A stretch of 64,000 nucleotides of DNA from Centroscyllium fabricii (taxonomy: Eukaryota). How positions within the stretch are numbered: the first letter of the stretch is position 1; each line of letters starts with the position of its first letter. Of this stretch, positions 1 to 13,403 are shown piece after piece. The DNA is taken from the NCBI GenBank assembly GCA_051313645.2, contig JBNRSN020000021.1:78058001-78122000 (forward strand). Reading direction: 5' to 3'. A program made the translations under genes and the position numbers. The notes beneath the pieces are model-generated. The model did not search any database and had not been told where the DNA came from. It saw nothing but the letters and a program-made list of their open reading frames with translations.

Positions 1-178
1 TGCTAGTATTCATTGTCAAAGCTTTCATATGAATAATGGCCACTTGCATGAGGTACAGAAGAGTAACCACCATCTCTAAAACTGTACGGCACCTACAGGT
101 GGAGAGAAAATTGAAGAGAAAATGTACGAAACGTGCAGCATTCTAAAAATAACAAAGCCTGCACTCCTGTGGAAATGA

Positions 179-987
179 CAGTGAGTAACCGGTGTTGCTT
201 TCAAAATGTTAGCTGCATAATTCATGAGCACTGTCGGCACAAGTGAATTATAATGGTATTTCACGAGTAATATATTCAATACATAAACATTTACATTTTT
301 ATTTGTTTTAACACTGTTACTTAAATTGAATGATTTTTTTGAAAATAATGTTTGACTACTTTTAAGTAGTACATTTATTTGTAAAATATAAAACTCTGAT
401 TTTACTGCTTCACGCTGTAATTTTTAACTAATAATCTGCCAGTCTCGCTAAAAGGAGCATTTCTTCATAAATAGGTTTCTGAGAGTAAAATCTCTCTTAT
501 AATAGTTCAGATGCACATCTGAAAAATAATTCAGCAGTACCTTAACCTTTTTGCTGCAGTAGTTTCATCCTTTGCCTTCTATGACCAGATTAACTGAGTA
601 TACCATTTCAGGAACAATATCTTGTTTAGTCCTATCTTATACATTGCTCAAGTACTAGTATCAGGGAATGCTCCTTCAATCAGTGCATTTTTGTTTAGGT
701 GAGAAGGTGGAGCAGAAGATCTTCAAAATGGGTGAATGATTACTTAATGAATTAGGAACATGCTGTACTAACAGGTTTTTAAAGAAGCAAATGCCGATCT
801 TAACCTTATTCTGATTCAAGCAGTATTTTTAAAAAAAATCAATTTAATTAAGTCTTAAAACAAATAAAAATGTCAATGTGTATGTATTAAATATGCTACT
901 CGTGAAATACCATTAAAATTCACTCATGCTGACATTACTCATGAATTATGCAGTTAATATTTTGGAAACAACACCAGTTACACACTG
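179..987. mobile_element. Old foldback/MITE-like DNA element with ~180-bp imperfect terminal inverted repeats
   Basis: ~179-357 is the reverse complement of ~813-987 (e.g. GCATAATTCATGAG / CTCATGAATTATGC; TAATGGTATTTCACGAGTA / TACTCGTGAAATACCATTA). Termini are CAGTG...CACTG. No clean TSD. Confidence 0.7.
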
Positions 988-1019
988 TTATCAGTAAAAG
1001 ATTCTGTTTATAAATGGCA

Positions 1020-1380
1020 TGTCTTCAAAAGCATGTTAAAATGCATAGAAGACATGTACGTCCCTAAAGTCAAAAGAAGGTTGCGTGGTAAGAATAAACC
1101 ACGGTGGCTGATTGGACACGTACAAAGACAAATAAGACTTAAAAATGTTTTCATAGATTAAAAGAGATTATTTCCTAGGAAAACAAAGATAAGTACTGTG
1201 CACAATTAAAGGGAACAAAAGCTGCCATTTGATCAACTGAAAGGTCAATGGAATAGAGGACAGTGAACAATTGTGGTACTATTAGGAAAACCCCTTTTAG
1301 CCATGTTAAAAGTCAGGGGACCATAAAAGACTACTGAGCTATTGAAAGATTTTCTAGGGACTCTCAAGGTATGGCAGAGA
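1020..1380 (+). mobile_element. Highly degenerate CR1-like LINE ORF2 fragment
   Basis: Broken frame with an NKPRWL-type motif typical of the CR1 endonuclease-RT linker. Many stops. Confidence 0.35.
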
Positions 1381-1519
1381 TATGTAATGGGCCAGAATTT
1401 CCTGTGCTCCAGAGGAGCTGCACACGCACGGAGGGGGGTCCAAAATTTGCATCAGGCTATACTCTTGAAGGCAATGCTCAACTAACAAACCACCCAAAAC
1501 TCCACTACAACCCGGGACA

Positions 1520-2786
1520 TGAACAAGTCGACCTTTTCAGAGAGTACATGTAAACTTCTGTGTGAAAGCAAATGATTATTTCCTGGCACTTGTAGATAGT
1601 CACTCAAAGTGGATTAAAGTGAAACACACGGGTTCAAATACTACAACTGAATGTACCATAGATGAGTTGAGGTCTTTGTTTACCTGCAGAGTTTGTTTCT
1701 GACAATGGCTCTCAGTTCTATTCTGCTCTATCCAAGAGTTAATGAAATGGAACAGTATAAAACACATTCTCATTCCACTATATTATCCAGTTTCAAACGG
1801 AGCAGCCGAAAGGTCAGTCAGAATAGTAAAAGAAGCTCTCAAAAAGCAAGTGTTGCAGGGTTGTTCGGGGCTCAGCATGAAGCAACATTTGGCAAATTTC
1901 TTGCTGAAGTACGGAACTACTCCGCACACCACAACTGGATATACCCCAGCAGAACTCTTGATGAAGAGGAGATTGAGAACTCGATTGAGTCTTGTTCAAC
2001 CAAATTTGGCCTCAACAGTTGAACAGGAACAGTTGAGTCAGAAACGTTATGATAGCAATCGGAAAGAACTGCATTTCAGACAAAGCGAGTGTGTTCCTGT
2101 TCTAAGTCCCCCTGGAAAGTCGAGTTCACACAAGTGGGATATTGGAACTGTGGTAGAGGTTGGTGGAACCAAGAGATTGGTGACAACATCCAAAGTGTTC
2201 ATGTAGATCAAATGATCTCTGCTAGAGATGAACCAAGACGTGATCTTGAACCACTTGATCATGAACCCATACATACATGAGTTTGACTCAGTTCAGACTT
2301 CAATAACTGAAGTACCAGGCTCAGACAAGTCTGAGATAGAAACAGGATCATCTTTGAGTTCGGAACCAGAACAAAACAGCCTGAAAATTGGTTCAACACT
2401 AAAACCTTCTTTAAGGAGACCAGGAGGCTTCACAAACCTGTTATTAAACTGGATGTATTGTTGATTTGTAGTTGATTGAAAAGAAAATAAGCCAGGAGTT
2501 TTTGTTATGTGGTACATGTAATGCTGGGAAAGGTCGAACCATAGTTTTGTTGTATTTGAGAGGGGAATATATGCATTTTTTCAGGGGAAAGCCATGTAAT
2601 GTATTATCACATGGTTTAGTATGAGCATGCTCAGTAAAGCAAGATCATGAACCAGCAACTTGTGTCTCTGTCCTTCATTTGTTCTACGCATATATATTAC
2701 AGGATTGAAACTCTGACAGTAGCTGACAGGTGGTATGTACGCATAAAGCTTCAAAACGGTGTTTCAAACCAAACCAAAACACAACA
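1520..2786 (+). mobile_element. Degenerate Gypsy 3' fragment: integrase core, PPT and putative 3' LTR
   Basis: Motifs RPFQRVH, LVDSHSKW, VSDNG, YYPVSNGAAERSVRIVK, TPHTTTGYTPAELLM (ORF 1742-2206). Purine tract AGGGGAAAG precedes TGTAAT at ~2595. Candidate LTR end ...CAACA at ~2786. Confidence 0.75.
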
Positions 2787-3139
2787 TGTACATCTGACTG
2801 AGAAACATCAGGGAAATCAGTGAGTTTTTGACTGAAAACAGCATAGGAAGCATGGGTTCTGATCAACTGAAACATCATAAACTCTAATTTTTCTTTATTG
2901 ACAATGACTGACTTGCTGTGCATTTGATACATGTTTTAGTTTTATTTCATATTTCCAACATTTGTATCTTTCCTTTTTTATGTTATAGGAAGCATAGAGC
3001 CTGGTCACCTTGCAATGCTGAATCTCTTGTTCTATTGCACTCATTTTTAGCTGATTTGTTATTCACATCAACATCTGGGATGTGGCTAATTCCATTCTCC
3101 TCAACTGCCCCTTACTATCCCATAATTATTAGACATGTT

Positions 3140-3903
3140 AGGGGTGTTTTGCCAGCCCCAGGGAGGCAGAATTTGGGGGTGGGTGCCCAACCCACCTCCA
3201 TGCCATCTTCCCAGGAGGCGGGTTGCCGTCCTGCGCCAGGTCCCGTCTCCTTGGTGGCGGGATGGGATTAAAGCCTATTAAGTGCCTGTTAACAGGTCAT
3301 TAACGGGCAGAAAATAGGATTATCCCCTTTTTGCCCTCACTAGTGTGGGCTTCCTGAAGGCTCAAAAACCCGCCAGCTCAGGTCTGTGAGGGCCAGGGTG
3401 AGGGGGTGTAAAGGTAAGTGATGGGTGCAAGAGTATAGAGGTGAGTATTTGAGGTAAGTGCAAAGTGATTTTAAAAATGTACTTACCTTTGTTTCTTCCT
3501 ATAGGCTTCTGTTGGTTTCTATACGGAGAACCTCGGACCTTCGTGTTGCAGATGAGAGATGGCCGTTGCATTCTCAGATGCACCAACCATCTCAATTCTG
3601 TAAAAAAAAAAAAAAAAAAAAAAAGGGTGATGAGGTCTTGTATGCAAGACCTCATTAAACTGCAGCGATTGTCACTGTTTGACAGCTTCACAGAGCTGTC
3701 AAACAATGACAATTCATGAAACGTCATACGTTGACGTGCTCTTCAACTGGCTATCCCTTAATTGGCCTGCTAAGTCCGCTGGGCGGGCTTAACGAGGTCA
3801 ATCAAGGGAAAATTGTGTGGGTTGGCCACAAGTCGATGGACGCGGGAATCCGACAAGCAGCAGTCCCGCTTCCAACATGCCCCCAGTCACAAAATTGCCC
3901 CCA
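3140..3903. mobile_element. Degenerate GC-rich non-autonomous DNA element
   Basis: Termini GGGGTGTTTTG...CAAAATTGCCCCC resemble short TIRs. GC-rich block in AT-rich flanks. Confidence 0.4.
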
Positions 3904-4575
3904 TTGAGTTGCCAGCCACTTTCCTTGGCTGATTTATGTCCGAGTTGATATTACCAAAGTTAACACATATCCCATTTAGCTATGGTGCACAGATTGTTTG
4001 CAAAAATTCTGAATCATCAATATAAAAGCTGAGGTTCTTTTGTTAACGACTGGTTAGCTTTCAATATCAGAGAATTGCATTGCATCAGACTCCATCATCA
4101 GCAACAGGAATTGGGAGAATCTGAGCAAAATCAAACGTATTTGTAAGAAACCCAAATGTAACCAAGATCAGGAAAACTGAAACACCCAAGTGGTCTATTC
4201 CTGTTAGGTCTGATTAAAATTTAAGTAAGACATGAATTGCAATAAAGAAATAGGAAAGGACTTTCAGGCAGGTCGAGTGCAGCATATAATTAAGTATAAG
4301 GTTTAACTCCAATTTAATTCTTAGTAAAGAAATAAAAGTGACTTTTTGAGAGATCAGGGAGAATATATAACTAATTTGGGGAATTATTTCATTGTTTCCT
4401 TTCTTTTGCTATCTCCCCCATGTTCCAGAAGGAAAAGTGAAGACTAGCTCAGCTAATCGAAACCAATCCAGTATTGTTGACAGGTAATAGGACTCGGGTT
4501 ACAATTAATGGTCTCTCAAATCCATTGTGACTGCAAATGCCAAATGTTTGAAGTCTTAGATAAGTGGTTCATGTG

Positions 4576-5040
4576 AAAAGAAAGACTTGCATTTATATAC
4601 CGCCTTTCACGACCACTGGACACCTCAAAGCACTTTACAGCCAATGAAGTACTTTTTGAAGTGTAGTCACTGTTGTAATGTAGGAAACGCAGCAGCCAAT
4701 TTACACACAGCACGCTCCCACAAACAGTAATGCGATAATGACCAGATAATCTGCTTTAGTGATGTTGGTTGAGGGATAAATATTGGCCAGGACACCGTGG
4801 ATAACTCCCCTGCTCTTCTTTGAAATAGCACCATGGGGTATTTTACGTCCGCTTGAAAGGGCAGATGGGGTGTCGGTTTTACACCTCAGCCGAAAGATAG
4901 CACAACCAATAATGTAGCAATCCCTTAGTACTGCACTGGAGTGTCAGCTTAGCTTCATGTACGCACATCCTGGAGTGGGATTTGAACCCACAACCTTCTG
5001 ACTCAGAGGCAAGGGTGCTACCAACTGAGCCACTGGCTGA
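4576..5040 (-). mobile_element. tRNA-headed Deu-type SINE (SacSINE1-like), near full length
   Basis: Minus-strand head TGGCTCAGTTGG (A box) and GGTTCAAATCC (B box), Deu-like core, tail ...ATATAAATGCAAGTCTTTCTTT. Confidence 0.8.
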
Positions 5041-5399
5041 GACTGTGGAGAAAAACATTGTTATAATCTGTTGGGCTGAAAGATCTGTTTCTAACCTGTA
5101 ACATGCCAACACCTTTGTGCTTTCATCCTCAAACTGAATTAATAAATTTATATTACTAGTTGATCTCCTGTGGTGCTGTGCATGGGGAGTCAATACCAAG
5201 TGTTTTTAGGTAATTCAGATTTAGAGGGGAGAATTGAAAAGCCAGAGGAGTAGGAGGGGTGCTATTAAAATGGTTCAATCCCCGATCTCTTATTGAACTA
5301 TCCACTCAACATGTGTCTTCTCCTCCCTTCCTCCAGTTCCTCTCCCTTCTCCCATTACCCCTTCCTTCAATGAACCACTCTTAAACTCACTTCAAAAAG

Positions 5400-5535
5400 A
5401 GGAGGGTTTTGATGGTGGATATGCTGCTGGGGAGGTGGGGGCTCTGATGGTGAAAATGCTGCTGGGGAGGTGGGGGCTCTGATGGTGGAAATGTTCCTCA
5501 TTGGGGGGGCTCTGATGGTGAAAATGCTTCTCAGT
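5400..5535. repeat. ~35-bp minisatellite, about 4 copies
   Basis: Unit GGGGCTCTGATGGTG(A/G)AAATGCTGCTGGGGAGGTG. Confidence 0.75.
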
Positions 5536-5744
5536 TGGGAGCGGGAGTGACGGTGAACTGCTGCTCGGGGTAGGAAGCAAGGGGGCCGATGATAGAACTG
5601 GTGCTTAGTGGCAGGGTACAGTACATGGACGGTGGAATTTATGTTTGGTTTGCGGGGGTGGGGGGGGGGCGTTGATAGTTGCAATGCTGCTTAGTGGGAG
5701 AAGGTAGCGGTGCAGCTCAGTGGGAAGAGGTGAAAAGCTTCTCA

Positions 5745-6108
5745 TTACAGGAATCTTTAAATAAACCCTTCTATTCTCGCGTTCAAATCCCTCCGTGGTC
5801 TGGTCCTTCCCTATTTCTGTAACCACCTACAACTGTTCCTCCACTCTGGCCTCTTACACATCGCTCACTCCCTTTGCCCCACTTTGGCAGCGTTCCTTCA
5901 GCCGTCTAGGCCCTAAGCTCTGGAATTTTCTCCCTAGGCCTCTACACCTCGCCACCCCTCTCTCCTTTAAGATCCTTCTCTTTGGCCAAGCTCTCCCCCT
6001 CCTAATATCTTCTTCTTTGACTCGGTTACAATTTTTGTCTGATTACTCTCCTGTGAAGCACCTTGGAATTTTTCCTCCATTAAAGGCACTACATGCATGG
6101 AAGTTGTG
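5745..6108 (+). mobile_element. L2-like LINE 3' end
   Basis: RSFSRLGPKLWNFLP C-terminal ORF2 motif, followed by an L2-type tail CTGTGAAGCACCTTGG...TAAAGGCACTA. Confidence 0.6.
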
Positions 6109-8923
6109 GCTGCAGATTTGGATGCACAAAACATAAAATGCTCTGAGCCCTGTTTAAATAAACCCACCATTTTTCACTCGGGACAAAATGTGGGCAAGAG
6201 TGCTTGGCAGGTTCAGATATCTATGGATTAGGAGCTCCTTGGCGTGAATATGAGGGACAGCTAATGGTTTGATGCATGTGCCTGGGGAGGTATTTTTTTA
6301 TGAAAAATTTGCTATTTTGCACAGCCCAATTCTTTATTTCGTTTGTCGGGCAGTTAGGTCCATTTAATTTCATACGGTCAGTAATTTTATGGCTGAGGCA
6401 GATGGCGATGAAAGGGATAGGCAGAGTCTCACCCAGAGAAGTGTAAAACAGTTTTTACTTTTAGATTTCACAGTGCATAGAGCAGCTTGAGGTCTGAGAG
6501 ACTGTTTCTAATGAAGAAAACACAATAAATTACAATTCAGTTTTCAAACAAATGTGCAGATTAAACTGTAAATTGAAGCGGAACACTTTCCTAAAGATAA
6601 AAGATGAAAGGAGCCACAGGCTCTGAAATCTTTTGAGAGATTGGGCCTATGAAGAGGTTCATAGACTGGGCTGAATGGTAAGAGGTGGCCAGTATGTGTT
6701 ATTACAGTATGATAGGTTTACATGGTAAAATGCATTATAAATGGAGACAGCAATGTATAATCATGTAGCAGCATGTGAAATAACCAGTAAGCTGAAATAC
6801 GGTTCGAAGAGCTCTGTGTTTATTCTCTTGTGCTCCGTACATTTACCTAAATATTAGGCAAGTAAGGGCATACTCCTGCTTGCAGGGAACAAAAGCTTGC
6901 AACGGAAATGCACTGACACACTGAACCCAAGCAAAATAAGGAGTCATCTTCCAATGTTGTGCTCGCAGCAGGAAACCATCGCTGTTATGTGAGCATATCG
7001 GGATTGTGAGCATATGCTGTGCATGATTTTCTAACTATTTTGATTATGGCCATAATATTGAGTGCAGTGCACAACCAAACGTTCAATCTGCATTACTGGC
7101 AGGTGAAACTACCCCTCTTGGGCAAAATCCCCAGAACATAACAACTGGAACTGTCAATGGGACTGGCAAGGAGTCGGTGCCTTCAGGAGGGGAAAACGTT
7201 GCTGAAGAATAACATTTACTCAATCATTTCACCTTTTTAAAAAAGGTCTTTTAAATTGTAACACACAGGAGGAGTCTTAATACCTTTGTTAGACAAAAGA
7301 AGAACTGAACTATTAAATTTTTTCCCTCTGAAGATTATGACTGAGCCAGCAATAGAATTCATTACATAGTGTTATTGTGAATTATGAGGGTTCCATGTCA
7401 GCATTTCATTAATTAATGTATGTATTTAAACAATAAGCTAGTCTTTCCATGGAGGATGTTACATCCTTGTGGAAATCAACTGAAACCAATTAAGCTTTGT
7501 AAAGCAACTAAAGATAACTGACTGCTGAAAAATAATTAGTTGGCAGCAGCAACAATGTGTGCCAAAAGAAGGTCCTAATTAATTTTTTAATATGTAAGTG
7601 AAAATATTTTTATTAGATTTGTATGTGTTACCATTATATCATTCTTTAGTAGTATTTGTGACTCCTGCCATGTATCTGTGCACTTCCATTCGCAGCCCTT
7701 CCTGCTGTGGGATGTTGATAGAGCTGGAAGTTAGAATTGTTCCTTCTCCATGTCTTGTTCTCCAGGGAGAGAAATCAAGGGAATGCTATTATGGGGCTAG
7801 GTTTTCGATAGGAAGTGGAAGGGCTCCAAATGATGCAAGACCAATAATTGGTTGTGTGTTTTTAACGTTGTTTTCTTCTTTTGGAAGTGCTTGTGCTCCA
7901 TGCAGCAACTTCCCACAGGGGCTCACCCTGGGAGAGTTGCAGATGCAGCCCAAGTGTAGTGCAGCAGATTGGAGCATTGATAACTGTGGCCTTTGAACCA
8001 AATGCCTCCTGACGAAAACTTACTGAGTAACATAGCTGGAAATTACACACAATTTCACTCAAAAAACAAACAAAATTAGCAAATAAAAGTTTAATGCAAG
8101 TGTCATAGAAACACCGCTATCTTTCAGAACCTCCCCCTTAAACACAGTAAAAAAATATTTTATAATATATAATTAACTATAAATATAATGCATTCTAACA
8201 TTCTCAGAGAATAAAGCTGTAATAAAATCACTAGTGCAACAAACCTAGTACACCGAGCACCCACAGACAAAAAGTTTGCACTTTCTGCGATACCTTGCAA
8301 TTGTAGTCAGTAGTACAGAGTTTTGCTATCTACTTGTACCTAAGGTGCAGAAAGATTTTTTTGCCTTCTGTTCTGTTTCTTCTGATACCATTCAAATCTA
8401 CTAAATGGCTTCAAATAAGGTACTGTCTGCCTGCTGTGACTATTCTTTAAAATTACTGCATAACCAACTATAGCAAGGAAAAATATCAATCGAAATGATT
8501 TGTTAAGGCTCAAATTGCTAATGAGCAATGGTCTTAAAGTTGATTTACATGGTGCCTACATGTGGCTGATCAGTTTTAATGGTGTGCTTCCAAATTAAAT
8601 GGAGATCCAATTATTCCAAACATCTTTATTTGCATGCGCCTAGTAGTAGTAAGAGGAAAATGAATTGTAATATGAAATTATTTAAATTAAGCTTTTTCAA
8701 ATGTATTTAAGTCTAAATTTATTCCATTCAAACTACTGAGTTTATTTGGTGTGTTCCTTTTTAAATAAAAAAACACACACTTATGGGTTTGGGATCGCGT
8801 AATTGATTAGTATGCTGCTTTTTCATCTCTGGGGTTTAATTTTCAATTCAGTATAAAACAATGGACTATCAACTACAGGGAGTACTAAGTTTGAGTGTCA
8901 GCATTACTTTTAATTGGGTGTTA

Positions 8924-9278
8924 TACCCCGCTTTCACTTAGAGCTAAGAATATCTCGAATTCCCGATTTTCCCCGAATCGAAATTTCTTGCGTTTCGGGA
9001 AAAAAAGTCAAATTTCGTGTTCATTTCTTGGCTTTTCGGGAGATGGTACGAAGGTGTAACGATAGATTCTTGGAAATTCGGTTTGAAAGATATGCCGAAT
9101 GTCAGGAATAGATTAAGAAACAAGTACGAAGTCAAAGAATCAGGTAAGAAGTGCACGAATAAGGTGCGACCCACTTACGAATGTGCCGAATGATTGTTCG
9201 AATCCACTACGACCTCCACGATGAAGTTACGAATACTGAGAATTAGCTACGAATAGTTTACGATATTCGGCATCGTTC
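8924..9278. mobile_element. Left part of an ACGAAT-rich PIF/Harbinger-type MITE, truncated by the gap
   Basis: Starts after TTA with TACCCCGCTTTCACTTAGAGCTAAGAAT, a 21/28 match to the TIR of 25156-25854. Shares the internal GAATCCACTACGACCTCCACGAT block. Confidence 0.75.
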
Positions 9279-9478
9279 NNNNNNNNNNNNNNNNNNNNNN
9301 NNNNNNNNNNNNNNNNNNNNNNNNNNNNNNNNNNNNNNNNNNNNNNNNNNNNNNNNNNNNNNNNNNNNNNNNNNNNNNNNNNNNNNNNNNNNNNNNNNNN
9401 NNNNNNNNNNNNNNNNNNNNNNNNNNNNNNNNNNNNNNNNNNNNNNNNNNNNNNNNNNNNNNNNNNNNNNNNNNNNNN
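9279..9478. other. Assembly gap (200 N)
   Basis: Run of N. 8714-8923 is repeated at 9479-9688 across the gap. Confidence 0.99.
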
Positions 9479-10129
9479 TAAATTTATTCCATTCAAACTA
9501 CTGAGTTTATTTGGTATGTTCCTTTTTAAATAAAAAAACACACACTTATGGGTTTGGGATCGCGTAATTGATTAGTATGCTGCTTTTTCATCTCTGGGGT
9601 TTAATTTTCAATTCAGTATAAAACAATGGACTATCAACTACAGGGAGTACTAAGTTTGAGTGAAAGCAATACTTTTAATTGGGTGTAAATCCATGCACAA
9701 AAATGTTTCAGCTTTGCTCACTAGTGGTGTCCTCGTCTCTGAGTCAGAAGTTTGTGGGTTCAAGGCCAAATCAAGAACTTGAGCATGTAGGCTGACACTT
9801 CTGCAGTACGGATGGAGTGCTGCATTGTCAAAGGTGCTATCTTTGACACAAGCATATGGCTGTTTACATAGATGTAAAAGATCCCATGGTACTTGTCATA
9901 AATCTTAGCATCCATGAAGAATGACTCATGAAGTAACACTGGACGGCCAGCTGATGCCGCCATCCAAGGAGTATAACTACTCGGGCATGGGCCCAGCTTA
10001 TCCAGAGGTCAATTTGGAAACAGGAACTAGTGACTGTTAACTAGACCTCCATGTTTTGAAACAAGTCAATTAGAACCTTGCTTTATGCTCAAACCATGTG
10101 CGTAGTGAGTTTTATTACATCAATTTAAT

Positions 10130-10692
10130 CACAGCGTTCATTGGATGGTAAGATGGTGGCGCGCATAGACGCATTGGCTTTGCATCTCCCGAGGTGATGC
10201 TGTCCACTGGTAGTTCTGGGTCTGTTCGCTTGGAGGGGACGGCGGGTTCAGCGTGGTGGTGCCGGGGTCAGCACAACGGAGTTGTTGGAGCACCGGGATG
10301 TCTGCGATTGGAGCATTGGGGACGCACCGAGGCCGACATGATTGGAGCGCCGGGGCCTTGAGGTGCTGTGTTTGGAGCCGGAGCCTGCGTGGTCACCGAG
10401 GTCGGCATGCTTGGAGCGCCGGAGGTCGGCGGGTTCGGAGCGTCGGGGCCTGCAGAGTCGGAGTGCCGGAGCCTGCGTGGTCACCGGTAATAGCACCGGA
10501 GGTCGGTGAGTTCAGAGCGCCGGAGCCTGCGTGGTCGGAGCACCAGGGCCGACATGGAATGGAACAGACTGGGACTTAGAGCGGTGGACATTTTGATATC
10601 TGCATCGTTGCTTGGGAGTTTGCAAGAATGCATTTCGTTGTATTGTGTTTATTCACTCTGCAATGACAATAAATTGAATCTTATCTTATCTT
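10130..10692 (+). mobile_element. Short non-autonomous retroelement with Rex1-type tail, inserted at the PBS of Gypsy A
   Basis: Head AAGATGGTGGCGCG, internal GGAGCGCCGG minisatellite, tail CTGCAATGACAATAAATTGAATCTTATCTTATCTT. Confidence 0.7.
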
Positions 10693-12401
10693 AACTTACT
10701 AATCGGCTCCATGCTGCGGGTGATTTTGGGAACAGCTAGCTGCAACTCAAACTGTAGAAGGGAACTCCAACAAGTAATCGATCCATCATGGAGAAACTAC
10801 TCAGACCTGCCTGTCTTGACCTGGACCCGAATTCACCTACAGCAGCTAAGGTGTGGAAACACTGGTATCGTACCTTTAGCAACTTCCTTGAGGAGTGTGG
10901 CGCGGATGTTCCTTATAAGTTACGAATGCTTATTAATTACGTGTCCCCTCATGTGTTTGACTATATCGAGGACTGTGTTGACTATGACGCTGCTATCCAA
11001 ATACTACAGCAGCTATATGTCAAGTCCCAAATGAAATATTTGCTCGGCATCTACTGGCCACAACTCGACAACAACAAGGGGAATCACTTAGCAAATTCCT
11101 TTAAAAACTTTGCAGGCTCAGCAAGAATTGTAATCTCAAAGCTGTGACAGCTGAACAGTACCAGGAGGAATTAATCCGTGATTCCTTTCTTAGTGGGGTT
11201 GCGTCTCCCTTCATACATCAGTGTCTGTTGGAAAATAAAACCCTCAAATTACAGGCTGCCTATGACCAAGCATGTTCTCTGGACTTAGCAAAGAGGAATG
11301 CAGATACCTATCTTTCACCACGTGCATGGGCTGCCGCTACCACTTTTAGTGACTCCTTCGATAGGCCTCGGGCTGAAGCCCTCAAGGATGATGACTCCAA
11401 CCTGACTGATGACAACCTTACCATAGAAGCCTTTACTGATGATGACCCTGCCCCAGCGGCATCTTGGCAATCTGGAAGGAAGTGTTTCTTCTGCGGCGGT
11501 GCGTTCCATTATAGGAAATGTTGTCCCGCTCGTAACGCAACCTGTAATCATTGCAGCAAGAAAGGCCGCCTTTCTAAGGTATACCGGTCAGGAGCTCCTG
11601 TTAGTTTTACAGCTGCTATCTATGAAACTGCTCCTCCCCCAACAACCACTACTAAGGCTACAGCTGTCAAGGGTAAAATTGCCCCTCCTCCCATCACAGC
11701 TGTTTTCCCCCAAAGTCTGTCCCATGCAGCCACAAATGTTTTGGTAAATGGACACATTCTGAGCGCACTAATCGAATCATGCAGCTCTGACAGCTTCATT
11801 AGTGAGTGGGTTGTCAGGAAGTTAAAACTGAGTATTTACCCCTCGGACAGGGAAATTGCAATGGCTCTGACGACACTGACCACCAATTTTTCTGGCTTTT
11901 ACCTTGTCGGCCTTATTCTCAATGGCCGCACTTATTTTTCCACCTGGCTCAGGGTGCTCAATAACATCAGTGATGTGCTCCTGGGACAGGATTTCCAGAA
12001 ACAACACAAAAGACGCACTTTCAAGTTTGGAGGGTCAAAGCCAAAGCTTACTATTTCTAAAGTACCATTTTGTATGCTTTTGGTGGTTTCGCTCGGCGAG
12101 CCCTCCTTGTTTGCCAATCTTTCCCCCCGATGTAAGCCCATAGCCACTAAATCACGACATTTCAGCCAAGATGATCGATCATTTATCGAGGCAGAAATCT
12201 CTCGTCTTCTCGCTAATGGTATCATTGAGCCATGTTCATCTTCCTGGCGGGTTCAAGTCGTCTTTGTTAAAAAATCCTCTGAAGCAACACAAGAAATGTC
12301 TTTGCATTGATTACTTGCAAACTATTAACCAGTATACCGACCTGGATGCCTACCCACTACCACGCATCGATGACATGGTCAATAACCTTGCCAACAACAA
12401 G

Positions 12402-12586
12402 GTTGATGGCGCTGGTGAGGTGGCTGCCGTCTCACGGGCTCCGGACGTGTCGAACGGCTTAGTGTTCTTTGTTGCGCGGTGCGTTCGAACCGTGAAAAAA
12501 AGCATTTCACTGTCTAGATTGCATTTGTTGTATTTTAGTACATGTGACAAATAAAATTGGAATTGAATTGGAATTGGAATTGAATT
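12402..12586 (+). mobile_element. ~185-bp non-autonomous element with Rex1-type tail, inserted in the RT of Gypsy A
   Basis: Interrupts NNLANNK|VFSTFD. Head GATGGCGC, tail TGACAAATAAAA(TTG[G]AA)n. Confidence 0.75.
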
Positions 12587-13403
12587 GGTATTTTCAACCT
12601 TTGATTTAAAGAGCGCATACCATCAGGTACCGCTAAAGGACTCTGACAAAAAGTATATGGCCTTTGAGGCCAATGGTCGGCTTTATCAGTTTCATTGCCG
12701 TCCATTTGGGGTCACCAATGGGATGGCCATCTTTCAACGGGCAATGGATAGCCTAGTCAGGCAGGAGAACGTAATGGACACCTTTCCGTATCTAGATAAT
12801 ATCACCATTGCTGGTCATAACCAAAAGGAGCATAATGCCAATCTCCAGAAATGTTTTGACATTCTCCGTTGTCGCAACTTAACCTTAAATGAGTCCAAAT
12901 CGGTGAAATCAGTACCATCAGTCAACATCCTTGGCTACTGGGTAGGCAACGGTGTTATCAAACTGGACCCGGAGCGACTTTGTCTGCTTCAGGAGCTCCC
13001 TCCCCCTACAAATCTCAGCTCTCTTCGTCGGGCACTTGGCATGTTCGCCTATTATGCGAAGTGGATACCTAATTTCTCCGACAAGATCCAGCCCCTGCTT
13101 CATGCGAAGTCATTTTCCGTTGGAGGCAACGGCTATTTCAGCTTTCAACCTCCTTAAGCAACAACTGGAAAAAGCCACACTTCGCTCCATTGATGAAAAT
13201 CTTCCTTTTCTGGTCGAGTGCGATGCATCGGAGGTGGCAATCGCGGCTACCTTGAATCAAGGTGGTCGACCTGTTGCATGTCTGTCCAGAACTTTGCAGG
13301 GTAGCGAGCTCCATTATCCTCCTGTCGAGAAGGAGGCTACAGCTATCATTGAAGCTGTACGTTAATGGAGTCACTTATAACTGATCAGCGCTCCGTGGCC
13401 TTA

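Noticed and set aside
3601-3624. A22 tract as a retrocopy tail
   Set aside because: No upstream poly(A) signal, TSD or recognisable transcript.
7860-8010. Candidate host exon (minus strand, AG...GTGAG)
   Set aside because: No frame gives a recognisable protein and no partner exons were found.
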